Source of the DNA: Lingula anatina
Lineage: Eukaryota; Animalia; Brachiopoda
Assembly (NCBI GenBank): GCA_051362555.1
Contig: JBPQGU010000016.1
Span: forward strand, 620,001 to 684,000
Length of the DNA: 64,000 nt
Direction of reading: 5' to 3'
Under the pieces are notes generated by a model that was given only the letters and a program-made list of their open reading frames with translations, ran no database searches and had not been told where the DNA came from. Of the stretch, positions 40,350 through 53,958 are shown in pieces. The position numbers were made by a program, and so were the translations under genes. The number at the start of each line of letters is the position of its first letter. Position 1 is the stretch's first letter.

Positions 40350-41720
40350 CCTAGTAGACTTTACAGGGGTAAAATGAACAGCTTTTACAGGGAAACAGTG
40401 CAACTGCTTTAAAATGGGTGTACATGTAAATGTATAGCTATTGTCGCAGAGAATTGATCCAGGCAGTTTCTAATAGCACCGATGTTTCTGATGAGTGATA
40501 TTTAATACTTGTCTTAAGATCCACGCAGAGAGTGGAGTTAAGGTAGACACCAGGGTTTTGGTATTGGGTTCACGACATTGGTGCCTACTGGTAATTCAAG
40601 TTGTAGATTATATGTAAATATGTTGCTATGTGGTTGCGTGATTAAAAGAAAAACTTACTCTTCCCGTCATTTATTTTCAGTTTGTTGTTGCTGAGCCCGG
40701 CGCGAATGTCAGCCACACAGTTGATGGTTTTATCCATAGACGGTTTAGAATTTTGTATGTCATAGCAAGTATATATCTGAATACATCAGCGTACTTGTAG
40801 TATCCAAGTTTATGATGACGTAAGATGTCACCAAGTGGCAGGGTATAAATTCAAAACAAAAGTGGCCCAAGGACACTGCCTTGGGGCACCCAAAAGATCG
40901 GAAAGTATGCCATTTACGGAAATTTGCTGTGACCTCTCAGTGAGGTATGGATGAAGAAACGCAATGTTACTTTGTCATTTTCCCCGTTTGTGTTGACAAT
41001 TTTATGTTCATATAAGTATACACCTGACACTGTAATTATACATTGGGGAAATGTGTTGAAAGTCATTTTTAACTGTACTTTAAAAAATAAGACAGTCTTT
41101 AAAGGAAGATTGCTGAGGACTGAAATGTTGTGATAGTCATGTTTTGAATTTGGCTCACAATTTAAATGATGTTATTTGTAGCTTTAAAATGCTTAAAGCC
41201 AGGTACACGTAGGCAGTTGCTGACCTTTTTGTGGTGATATCCTTATCTGCACGTTAATTGCCACCGTAACATACCTTAACCTATTGTGCCGAAAAAATAT
41301 TTAAAGGTTATAAAGGTGGTTTTCATTGTATAACTGCACTGATAAATCGCCAGACTGCACAGTTTGTCTGATCAGTATGGATCTGTTCAATCATGAGATA
41401 ATCTTGATCATACAGATCATACAACACCTTGGTCATTTATGTTGAAGTACATGTACATGCCGTTTTTGGTAGGTTGTCATGTTGTCAGCAATGGTACAGG
41501 TAGGTTATGACAATAGTAGGTTATGACAAAGGCGTTGTTTTAAAACTGATACCAACTGATAGCTGTGGCCATAGGACACTGCCTCGGGGCATCCGAAAAA
41601 CATGTTATAAAAGACGAAATAGTATACCGTTTATCAAGCCGATTGCACTTCCTCGACAAGGTATTTAGGTGGTCCAACTTTCTAATAGCAATTACTCTTT
41701 CAATCACTTTTGAAAGAAAT
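40350..41720 (-). mobile_element. Degenerate L2-like LINE RT remnants
   Basis: The - strand at 40890-40780 reads [34 protein letters not shown]. Further downstream are PGVYLNSTL-like and TPILKQLHCFPV segments. A second decayed PxGSVLxP copy lies near 41565-41595. Confidence 0.65.
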
Positions 41721-41760
41721 GAAAAAAATTATGCCGGTCTGTAATTAAGCATATTGTAAG

Positions 41761-44700
41761 TTTTTATGTACAGACACAGATGTGTCTGTACATATAGCCG
41801 TCATCTGCGTCTGTCGTCGCCGTCGTCGCTGTCGCCGTGCACTTTTACCGATAACACGATAAATGGAAAACTGTTTTTTCTTTTGGTATGAAACTTACAG
41901 AACTGATGAATATTCATAATATGCAGGTCAAGTTCGAAAATCAGCATGATCGGGTCACTTTTAGGGAATTTATGCTGTTTTTTCACTTTTTCAGCATATA
42001 TGCAGCACTGATAACACGATAAGTGGAAAACCATTTTACCTTTTGACTTGAAACTCACAAAACTGATGAATATTCATAATACGCAGGTCAAGTTCGAAAA
42101 TCAGCATGATCGGGTCACTTTTAGGGAATTGATGCTGTTTTTTCACTTTTTTTCAGCATATATGCAGCACTGATAACACGATAAGTGGAAAACCATTTTA
42201 CCTTTTGACTTGAAACTCACAAAACTGATGAATACTCATAATATGCAGGTCAAGTTCGAAAATCAGCATGATCGCGTCACTTTCAGGGAATTTATGCTGT
42301 TTTTTCATTTTTTTCAGCATATACCTGTATGCAGCACCGATAACACGATAAGTGAAAAACCATTTTACCTTTTGGCTTGAAAGTTACAGAACTGGTGAAT
42401 ATTCATAATACGCAGGTCAAGTTCGAAAATCAGCATGATCGGGTCATTTTTAGGGAATTTATGCTGTTTTTTCACTTTTTTCAGCATATATGCAACCCCG
42501 ATAACACGATAAGTGGAAAACCATTCTACCTTTTGGCTTGAAACTTACAAAACTGATGAATATTCATAATACACAGGTCAAGTTCGAAAATCAGCATGAT
42601 TGGGTCATTTTTCGGGAATTTATGCTGTTTTTTCACTTTTTTCAGCATATATGCAGCACCGATAACACCATAAGTGGAAAACCAATTTACCTTTTGGCTT
42701 GAAACTTGCAGAACTGATAAATATTCATAATACGCAAGTCAAGTTCGAAAATCAGCATGATTCGATTATTGTTAGGGAATTTATGATGTTTTTTCACTTT
42801 TTTCAGCATATATGTAGCACTGCGATCATGATAACACAATAAGTGGAAAACTGTTTTTTCATTTGGCTTGAAACTTACAGAACTAATGAATATTCATAAT
42901 ACGCAGGTCAAGTTTGAAAATCAGCAAGATCGGGCAATTTTTATGGAAGTTATCCTTTTTTTTTTTTTGTTTTTTTTTTTCAATTTTTTCAGCACTTTTA
43001 TAACACCGATAACATGATAAGTGTAAACATGTTTTTCCTTTTGGATTGAAATTTACAGAACTGGTGAATATTTATAATACGCAGGTCAAGTTTGAAAATT
43101 GGCATGATTGGACTATTTTTACAAAAGTTATGCTGTTTTTTCTCTTTATTCAGCATACATGCAACACTGATAACGCATTTTAAGGAAAACCAATCAGCCT
43201 TTTGTCTTGCAACTCACAGGAGTGATCAATCTGACCAGTATACAGATCAAGTTTGAAAATAAGCTTGATCAGTTAAGTTTTGATGAAGTTATTAGCCTTT
43301 TTGTATATAAGTGGTTTTTCTTCAGATTTAATTCTTAAGCATGTTAACAGTCTCATTACGGAACTAATTGGATATGTAAAAGTGCTGTTTTAACATTTTC
43401 TGCTTCTTAACAATATTGTTAGTTGATTATATAAAAATGACGGTAAACCTATTATCGTGCATTGTGTAATAAAGTATCAAAAACGGAAAGGAACTCATCA
43501 TTGCAGTTCGTCAGATTCAATCATTCACTATGTTCAGAATCTCCAAATGGAGCTAATTGGACATTATAAATTGTTCTATTGATATTTTTCCTATGTCAAC
43601 AATTTTCCTAGTTGATCATTTAAAAATGACAGTTAATTGATTATGGTTTTATGTAAAAAAGGTGTTGAAAATAGAAAGAAAATCATTTCAGTACAGTTAT
43701 CTCTTGTTACCATTTTGGCATTTTGAAAGTGTGACCCTAACTTCCATGTCCTTGGAGACCTTTCCATATCACATTTTCTGAATATCCATGATACTTTTAT
43801 TTTTTTATAAAAAAATTGATGGTCATTATGTTGTTAAGTATTATGTTATATTGCATGAAAGTTAAAGAAAACCCTATTTTGGATACTGCTGCCAGGATAG
43901 CGATTAAGGGAAAACCGTGTTACTTATGATAAACAACCTTACTGAAAAGACTGAAGTGCAGCTTGTGTTGGAAAACCATCGTAATTGTTTTCTGTTTTGA
44001 AAGCAATGCAGTACAGTGCTATTTGGTGCATTAAATGTATATGGATAGTAGGCAGTTAATTCAGGGTTATAAAATAATTTGCTTAATTGATTTTCAAGTT
44101 GTTTCAGGGTTACAAAATAATTTGCTTAATTAATTTTCAAGTGGGCATTAAATGAGATTACATAAACACACATTGAGATTTCATTGTAAAGTCCCATCGG
44201 TATAGCTTTCTTAACTGTGTCACATAATAAGGAATCGATGATTATAATGCAGGTAAATGTTATTTAATATGGAAAATAAGTTTACAAAAAAAAATTGTGT
44301 AACGCTTACATTAATGCTAAAGATGAATAACAGTGCCTTATTATTCTCAAACTCAATAGGGTTATTCATATCATGTTAGTAATTGTACAGCTAGATTAAA
44401 AGTTTGAATAGCAGCTTTATTGGTATTTTTTGTTATGTTTAATTTTACATTTTCTTTTAAGTTTTTATGCTGTCATTGTACTCACAGGAGTGGTCAATCT
44501 TACAAAAATGCAGGTTGAGTTCGAAAATCAGCGTTATCGGGCCATTATTTTAGAAGTTGTACTGTTTTTTCAAATTTCCTCAGATTCAATTCTTAGGCAT
44601 GTTAACAGTCTCATTATTGAACTAATAAGATACGTTTAAAGTGTTTGTTTAATATTTCCTGCATCTTTACAACATTGTAAGTTGATTATGTAAAAATGAT

Positions 44701-45732
44701 GGTAAACTTGTTATCATGTATTGTGTAATCAAGTGTCCAAAACGGAAATAAACTCATATCATTGCAGTTTGTCAGATTCAATCATCCACATCTGCCATGA
44801 TGACCATGATGGGAAAACCATGTTACTTATGATTGTCAGACTTTCAAAAAAGAAACACAGGACTAAAATGCAGCCCGAGTTGGAAAAGCAGTCTAATGGG
44901 CTTCTTTTTCTGGAAGTTATACATTTTAGTGAAATATTCATTATCTTTTTGGCATATTCATTAAGGGACTCGTAGCTCCCATGGACATGAAGCCGGATGG
45001 TAATCAAATTTTCTACATGTTCATGCTATTTATAGTCAATAATCAAAAATTGGTGATAATTATTCTATAATTTATTATGTAATGTTACATCAAAATTGAC
45101 AATAATCTTTTTGCACTAGCTGCTACTGCAAACATTATGAAAAGAAAACTGTGTTATTTATTATTATATTTAACCTAAGAGTATGATTTTTAGGATTGGC
45201 ATGCAGTTCAAATTAGAAAGCCAGGTCAATTGGGTTATCATTTATTATTGAATTTAATGCAATTTTGTCTGAAATTTCATTTTTCCCATTCTGGCACTTT
45301 TTAAGTATAAACTTGAACTCTGATGGGCCTGAAGCCTTATGCTTTAACTTTCGTCGGTGTTACCTGTTGTGCAAAATTAAAATTTGATGTTGACTGTGCA
45401 GTTAAACATAATGTATTATTGCATCAGAAGTGGTAGTCTCCTATTTTGTGCATTATTGTTTTGTGCTCTTCTTAAGTTGTGACTTATGGGCCTGAAAGAC
45501 CTTTGAGAGGGTCAGTCTATAAATTTCCCTTGGGTATCACTTCGCTAATTTCAGTTATAAAGTAATTTGCCTAATTGATAAGCTACATAAAGCACACTTG
45601 TGATTTGAGATTACATAAAGCACACTTGTTGATATTTCCCTGTAAACTGCCATAGGTTAAGCTCTCTGCTAGATTAATAATAAGGAAGCAGTGATAATTA
45701 GGCAGGTAAATTTTGTTTAATATTGCAAATAA

Positions 45733-45819
<87 letters not shown>

Positions 45820-46619
45820 AACTGAAAGATTAAAAGTTTGAATAGCAGCTTTATTGGAATTATATTTACCTCTGCCAAGGAGGTTATATTTTCACCCCTG
45901 TTTGTCATCAACATAACTCAAAAAGTTATGGACCGATTTTGCTGAAATTTTCAGGAACTGTCAGAAGTGGGCCAAAGAGGACAAAAATCAATAATAATCA
46001 ACAATTGCTACCTTGGCAGAGGTCTGCGCTCTCGGAGTGCTTTTCTAGTTTTGTTATGTTTTCCTTTATAATTTTTTCTCAAACACTTGCATTTGTGACT
46101 TTTAATCCTCATCCGCCTGAGACTCTGACATTTCTGTATTTCCACATAAGCAGTTGTATTGTCTTTTATGTCTTTAACCATTATGTTACTTATGTAATAT
46201 TATTTTATGCACTGTCATCATTTTTCAAATATTGAGACTTTCATCATGTGAATTTGAACTCTCATTGTCCTGAAACTGTAATCTTATTGAAAGGGTAGAT
46301 TGAGACCATCTTCTGGGACTTCCGGAAGACAGTCAGGTTATTAAGTTTATATTGCCTGGTATCTATTTTTTCTGTTGGAAGACCATCAAAATGGAGGATG
46401 GATCAAAATAGATACTTTGGAATACTGTCAGAGAATATCTCTGGGTCCGCTCATGTTATTGACCATTTTACCTGTTGTGCATGATTAAAATTCAGTGTTG
46501 ACTGATAGTGCTATTATAAGCATTATTTATTATTGCATCAAAATTGACAAAATGACCTTTTTTGCATCTTTATTTTCTGTTTTTTGTCTGTACATTTGAC
46601 AGCTTTGCTGCCTTGTTTT
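41761..46619 (+). mobile_element. HINE/DINE-like element copy 2 with about 9 units of ~161 bp
   Basis: Same termini as 19511-22134; array units at about 41850, 42010, 42172, 42339, 42500, 42661, 42830, 43009 and 43168; 3' body collinear with 20300-22134. Lies in the 5' UTR intron of copy B. Confidence 0.85.
45865..46050 (+). mobile_element. Small HINE/MINE-type element nested inside the large HINE
   Basis: ttacctctgccaaggaggtta...ccttggcagaggtctgcgctctcggagtgcttttctagtt. The corresponding site in copy 1 (about 21575) is empty and is a T-run with no TSD. Confidence 0.8.
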
Positions 46620-49326
46620 GTTTTTTTTTTTTGGGGGGGGGGTCGGGGGGTGGGGTCCAGGAATAAAATGCTTCAAATCAAACACTCAAGTTAAACACAC
46701 AGCGTTAGGGGTAAAACAAAATTGTTTGTAGCACTACTAGAGCGGTAGATGAGAGTGATAGCGCTTCTCCAGATACATGGTGTGAATTTACTATTAAGCA
46801 GCGGTGCTGAATTTGATGTCAATTGGATTTCTATTGTTTTAGAAGAAAGTTAGATGATGTATAAAAGAATCAATCACCTGTTTTTTCTCAAAATTGTCTC
46901 AATATTACGAACTTTGAATTAAAAACAGCATAAAAATAACCATAAACGCTCCTTCGTACTTTATATTGTTGACCCGTAAGTGAACGTCTTATCTAATATA
47001 CCTGCACATTAGCGAAGGGGCCAGACTAGAAAGCAAACTTTCTTATCGGTTTTGTCATTTTCACGAGGTCAAAAACTGCCTGCTGCAAAAACGTGTTGGC
47101 GAAACACGTTATTTCAACTCTTATCTCAATTATTTATCCTGAGTTCTAGGTCGTTCTTGCCTAAATACCTTCGTTGGGAAGTTGTTATTATCAAACTACT
47201 AAATCAGAATCATTTTCCTTTGGAGCAAAGTTTGATAAATGTTCACAATAAACAAATAAAGAATTAGGTATTAAAACTTTAATTGCGTCACTGCACTCCG
47301 GTTAAAACTATTTAAAAAGCGTTTGCTTCCTTTGAAATGTAAGAGCCTGATGTTGCTATGTAAAAAGGTATGCTGGGAGAGAAGAAGTCTCACATGATGC
47401 TATCATTTCTCTTTTCCATAATTATAAGCCTATCTCTTACTTTAAGAGTCTACCATATAGATACATCAAAAGGTGCACTTTCCCCTTGATATCGCCTCAT
47501 AATAATTTGATATAAATATTCTCAACTTTAGTTTTTAATAAGTAAAATGTCACTGGTGTACCAATGTCATATCTCAGGATGAAGATTGTCTTTTTCTAAA
47601 AGGTTTAACAAAGAAATGACTATATCGCTAAAATCGCTGTGATAAGAACAATCATTTTATCCACACTCACGAACATACATTGTTAAAATTCCCGTCAACA
47701 TTTTTAACTTTAAAATGTGGAGCACCATAGCTGCACAATTGTGAAGTGAGATCTATCGAAGTATATAAATAAATATTCCAAATCTGGAAAACATAATAAT
47801 TGTACTTACCAGTGCGTTTGCAAAGTGGTGTTTTGAAACAGCCTTTTTTCTAATGTGACAATGTGCACGTTTGTTGACAATAACACGTTCGCTCCCACGC
47901 TGAAACTAAGCAGTATTACTTCCTGGTTCACAAACGACGAGAAAAATATACGACGTTGCAAAAAGTTTGCAACTAAGAGCGGTTGCTTATTTTTCTGGAA
48001 GGGGATTTACTCCGAAATCGGAGCTACGTACATGTAGAAGTCAGGTCTTGATTTTTTTTCTTTTTCCAAGAAAAATAGTACACCAGCAGCTTCACGGATG
48101 GCGGTCACATTTTTCACGACGTAGCTTTTCTGGTGGAGATAAAAAAAATCCTAATAGATTGCGGTAGTTGAGGTGCCTCTGTGTACAACTAAAGCAATGC
48201 ATATAACGACGTGTGACGGGATTCAATAGTTCATTTCTGTGTGGGATGGTCCGCCTTTGCAACAAACATTTTAAACATTTTATTAATTTTCAGCATTTCC
48301 CCCTGCATCACCAAAGTAGTATATATATATCTCGCAAAAAAAGTAACCATAAATTCATTATGATTACAGTAGCTGTAACTTTTTTTATTTCACAAGAGAT
48401 TATTTTAAAAGAGAAATGGATGTGAATAGCAATGATAATAATAATAATACATAATTATATAATTATATTTTATAGATAATACCCCATTATATACATTTCA
48501 ATTCACTTTAAAGTTATTTACAATATAAATTTTCAAAACTTGAAAAAAATACATGTATTATGCCATAGTTTTAGTAACTAGCTTACTTTAAATCGAAATA
48601 AATTAACTACGACAATAATAATAGGAAATTTATGACATTATAAACATAAAAACTATTTAAGTGCGGTTTAAAACTTTAAGACTAATAACCAGTCGACAAG
48701 CTTTGGGTTTAACTTATTTTATCTCATCCCAAGCAATAACAGGGTAGCTAAAATGGATTTGGAGGAGCCCGAGTGAGACTCCTTAAAGAAAGAAGGAGCT
48801 TAGAATCGATAGACTGGTCACGAGACTAGCCAGACAACTAGGCATCTGCTGGAGCTTGGATGGCTTCGAAGACGAGTAAAGGGGGTCATCTGAGGGAGAT
48901 GAGAGAACCCGACACTGAACTGTAAACGAGAAATGAGATTTTCGAAAAAAAAAAAACAAAAAAAACAATGGCATGATATCTTATGTGAAATCACTCCACT
49001 GGATGAAAGGGAACATGCATTCCTTAACTATGGTAAACATTTAAATTTTAATATCCCAATAACAGAAAATTTTGTCCCGACTCGTGATCCAGAAAATCTG
49101 ACAAAATATTAATTCTGACATAACACTTAATGCAAAGTTACAGTACTGAAATTTAAATCTGACAGAAAGTTTTCATAACCAAATATCATCAAAACACAAA
49201 ATGAAAAATCATTGTTATTCATCTGACAGCAATATGGTGTCAAACTTTTGTCTCTCACTCTCTGCATTTGGCTCAGTCAGCTAAAAGAGGTGACACATTT
49301 TAAACAGTTTGTTATGAGATGCATTT

Positions 49327-52300
49327 TCAATAGCAAATAACTCCAGCATCTTCACTGTGCCCGCAATTATGAATCCCCCAACCGTTGTGAGAACATGATG
49401 CAATGTTGGATTCGGATCCTGTGCAGTGGACATCGTCCAACCATATTTTTCCACTACCTGACCCAAAATACGCACTTTGTTTGCCAAGTGCTCTGGAATA
49501 TGGAAGATTTAAAGACCTGCAGAAAACTTGGGCATCTGTGTTATCCCAGCTGTCATCGCAAACTGTTCCCCAACTTCCATTATGATACACTTCAACTCTG
49601 CCACTGTAGTTTCCAATGGTAATTGTTCCAACAAGACGGTACAGGGATCCGTACAGCAAAGCTAAAATGTTCAATGAAAATCTGTTTAAAGAGTGAGTTT
49701 TTCAGTGATTATCAACTGAGTGCACTTGTGTGTGTGTGTGTGTCAGAGAGATTCATATTTTTTTATGATATGATTGAAATATAGTATTCAAATTTTGTAT
49801 AGCCTAACATGTGACCACCATCTGTCATTTTACCCACACTCTGACAAAACGGATGAAATCAATATATTTCCAGAAACTGCCCGAACCTGATTCACAATTC
49901 CGGCCGGTGTATCCAGAACGGCAGTTGCAAGAATACGAGGAACTTTGACTGATGCACGTGGCGCCATTTTGGCAGGGCTGGCTGTGACATTGGTCTCTAA
50001 CTGTAACAAAAATGACGAGGCACTGAAAATGTTGAACAATCTAGTGTCATTGGAAATGCATCAATGTCATTAACGGGATGACCGATAAAGATATTTACGA
50101 TTCGTCCTTCACCCCTGAGTTCACCAAACTCACCGGTGCCAAATACACATGTTATGCTCAAATGTATACGCAGTTAGAGATTTCATACGTCATAATATAC
50201 ATGTAGAATTTGGGGTATAGGACAACCTATTTGAAGTCAAAAATGGTACAGGTAGTACGTTACATTTTCACCTTGGCAATGTGTCCCGTAGTACCCGACA
50301 GAACAAAAACATCGATAAGAGTTCACCATGTCAACACACGTTCCATTATTCTGACAAGGATGACTGGAACATTCATCGATACCTAAAATTAAAAAGATAT
50401 AGTAACAGATATTATTGCACGGAAACTTTGACATCATTGTTATCCCAGTCTTCATCGCAAACTGTTTTCAACTTCCATTATGATACACTTCAACTCTTCC
50501 ACCGTATTTGCCTTTGATATTTATTCCAACAAGACGGTATGGGCGACGGGACAAAGAAGCTGGAATATTCAAGCAAAGCGATTTTAAGTAATGGTCCACT
50601 TATGCACTTGCACGCAAACGTGAGTGCACGAGTGTGTGTGTGTGTGTGTCAGAGAGATGATATGATGGAAATAGTTTTCAAATTTTGCATACCCCAACAT
50701 GTGACCATTTATAATCCACTTCTATTCTTTTTACGTTAGCATTATATATCATTTTACCCAAACTCTGACAAAACGGATGTAATCGATAAATTTATTCCTA
50801 GACACTGCCCGAACCTGATTCACAATTTCTGCCGGTATACCCAGAATGGCAGCTGCAAATATACGTAGAAGTTTGATTCCTACATGTGGCGCCATTTTGA
50901 CAGGGCTGGTTGTGACAATAGTCTCTAACTGTAACAAAAATGACAACGAACTGACAATAGTGAACAATCAAGTGTCATTGGAAATGCATCAATGTCATTA
51001 ATACGATGACCGATAAAAATATTTACGCTTCATTCTTCAAAGTTCTTCAGAGTTCACCGAACTTAGTGAGACCGCGGCCAATTACACGCATACTATACTA
51101 AAATGTATACACAGAGACCTCATACGTAATAATATACATGTAGAATATTGGGTAAAGAACAACCCATTTCAAGTAAATAAAAAAAAGTACAGGGAGAATG
51201 TTAAATTTCACCTTGGCAATTTGTCCCTTGGTACCCGGCAGAACACAAACAACGATAAGAATTCACCATGTCAACACACGTTCCACCATTCTGACAAGGC
51301 CGGCTGGAACATTCATTGATTCCTAAAGTTAAAGAGATATAACAGTAACTGAAAATACTGCAAGAAATTACAATATTAAAATAGTGATTTCGCACACGAA
51401 GCAATGTTACAAATGGCTGTACTCACTCCACTCCAAATGGCTATTCTAATGCACAAACTCATGTAAAGTTTGCATCGGTCTTGTTACAATGAAAGAAACG
51501 TCAGTACTAACTAAAATCTGGTTGATTTAAAAATATCACCATTTTGTCTTTTGTTTTCATAAGATATCCTACCTAGCTGGCAGTACGTTCCGGTAAAACC
51601 ACGAGGACAACTGCAGTGAAATCCACCATAGCTGTTTTGACAGGTGGCACCAATGGCACATGGGTTGTTAAAACATTCATTTATATCTGGAAAGAAACAT
51701 AATACCATGTCATTGAGTAATTAGTTGAGAATAAGTTATAAATGTTTAATTATATTTAATGAGCCAATGGCCTATCAGCATTGTTTCAATTAAAGACATA
51801 ATGACATGCCATATGAACCGGACGCCTGGCGACCTAGTTTAGTCACCTTCGTTATCTTGTCTAATCTTGAAACGAGACTCTTAAAGGTACCGCACATATA
51901 TACCCTATTCATTATTTGATTTTATCTTTTTATCTTAATTACAGTATATGTCAACTTATATCCATATTTTCCTGGGATCTGGATTATAAAATATTGTTTT
52001 ACGACCGGGTTCAGAGCAAAACTTTATTGAACAATGAAGTTAACTGTAGCTGATATCTTGTCTTAATACAACATATAAAGCCTTATTTTATAAGCAACAA
52101 TATAGTGTGCATGTACCTACCGTATTCGCATGTTTCGCCTTGAAAACCGGAAGTACAAGAGCAACGAAACGTAGTTGCCAAATTTACACACAAGGCACCA
52201 TTTTTGCAGGGTGAGCTAAGACAATGGTCCACCCCTATAAATTTAGGCAAAACGAATGCGTTGAAGCTTAACTCTTCACCAAGTGTTGCAGTTTTTAAAG

Positions 52301-53958
52301 ACCATCAGCATTAACGAATTTCCTTAATTATTTATCTGTGGGGGTAATTATTTCTATGGAAAGTCAACAGTTACATGTGCTTCTTAACGTCAAATCAATG
52401 CCGTTGCCTCGATTTTATCAAACAGAAATAACGAGCAATGTATGCAGCCGTTTGACAATTTACTGCATTTTTCTTACCTTTACATCAAACAGCTATGAGA
52501 TGCGAGATATAAGATTTTATGCAATCGTAAACATACAAATTAAAAGCACTTTTTTGTTGTTAAATGAGAGACTGCAGATGGGTAAAATCTATTTAACTAC
52601 TTTTTGGGTACTTTCATATTTAAAATTATACAGTCAATCGGTAAAAAAACGACGGTGTGCAGGATGGGGACACTCAGACAGCTATGAAGGGAGATGAGTC
52701 ATTTTCCACAGATTCAACTTTCTTTAAATAATGACCGATACTGCACTCTGATCGAGACAGAATTGCTTTAGTCGTGTCGTCCTTATTTGTTTCACAGTGA
52801 TACCCGTATATCCAGATGGACAGCTGATAGAATACAGGACAGCATGTTCACTACCTACTGTTTTCACAATATGTGCCTTGGTAATCCAGGGAACAAAAAC
52901 ATCGGAACGAGGCCACTGAGTTCTCGCACGTGCCGCCATTTCTGCAAGGTTTGCTTAGGCAATGGTCGGTCACTGAAATACATACAGTTGTGTATGTATT
53001 TATACAGTCAAGTCCCATGATATTAACAGTTTACCACGCCACATGCACATTAAAAGTTGATTTCCTCTCGCAAAAATTAATGAATATATATTTTTACCAT
53101 TCACAATGGAAAACCCTTCCTCCTTTCCTTGTTTAATGTATTTTAATACTTAAAATACACTTAAAGGCAACTTCAACAATTGATAGCATAAAACATACTG
53201 TAAATGATAAAATGAACGTTAACGAAATACCAAGACGGTAGGTACTTTTAAAATTCTTTGTCAAATATTTCCAATACAACAATACTTAAAATCTCATGCA
53301 TCATCTGTCCTTTACTTACAATTTGAACCATTCCTTGATGAAACCAAACTCTCATTATTCAGGTCCTGTTCTTGGCCTATTCCCTTAGGGTTAAAGGCAA
53401 GTGACCAAGCAACAATAGCAACCAGTGCGGCACATACTATTCCTACTATCACCAATGCAATGAGCAACCGCCTGTTGATCTGATACTTTTTTGGCTGAGT
53501 TATCTCTTTGGGAGGTGTAGTTCCTCTCTCGATTGGCTGAGAAATTCTTAAACTCTCGTACACATTTGTTGTCCCCGCTGGAGCAAGGTTCACATCCGGT
53601 GACGATCCGTACGCTACATTCGCATAAGTGGCGTTTTGATTTTGAGGACTGGCAATTCCTTTATTATCTAGAAAATGTTACAGTATGATTTCATAATTTA
53701 ATTGACAAATTTAGCTGTTTTAAACCAATTTGCACGTGCATCAGATTGATAACATGAAGCAAAGATGTATGTATTTATATAAACAATCTGAAAGAAAAAT
53801 TACTGATTTGATTCACTTCTTTCAATGTTTTCTAAAACAGGACAAATATTCCTGTATGCATTCTCACTCAAATTCCCAATTCTTTAGCTCAAATTTAATA
53901 TACATTTCCAATAGTAAAGATTAAACACTAGTGGGAGCATACCTTTTTTGTCTCTCAT
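49327..53958 (-). CDS. EGF-SRCR receptor copy C (tail-TM-7 EGF-SRCR)
   Basis: Micro-exon 53958-53943 (MRDKK); tail/TM exon 53667-53320 (TYANVAY...VYESL...[27 protein letters not shown]); EGF exons 52972-52859, 52234-52121, 51686-51573, 51322-51212, 50928-50815, 50382-50272, 50000-49887; SRCR 49661-49327. Open frame if the pseudo-exons are skipped. Confidence 0.83.
50423..50559 (-). pseudogene. Truncated SRCR pseudo-exon inside copy C
   Basis: ttccag|(A)[29 protein letters not shown], then a frameshifted [13 protein letters not shown], breaking off into EGF-intron sequence. Confidence 0.85.
52785..52835 (-). pseudogene. EGF exon remnant (3' half) inside copy C
   Basis: [11 protein letters not shown]...CET-like sequence, homologous to the copy D exon 62318-62205 ([16 protein letters not shown]). 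Confidence 0.65.

Noticed and set aside
41850-43300. Regular ~161-bp array as a CRISPR-like locus
   Set aside because: Whole units repeat with no unique spacers, there are no cas genes, and the array is internal to a HINE-like element in animal DNA.
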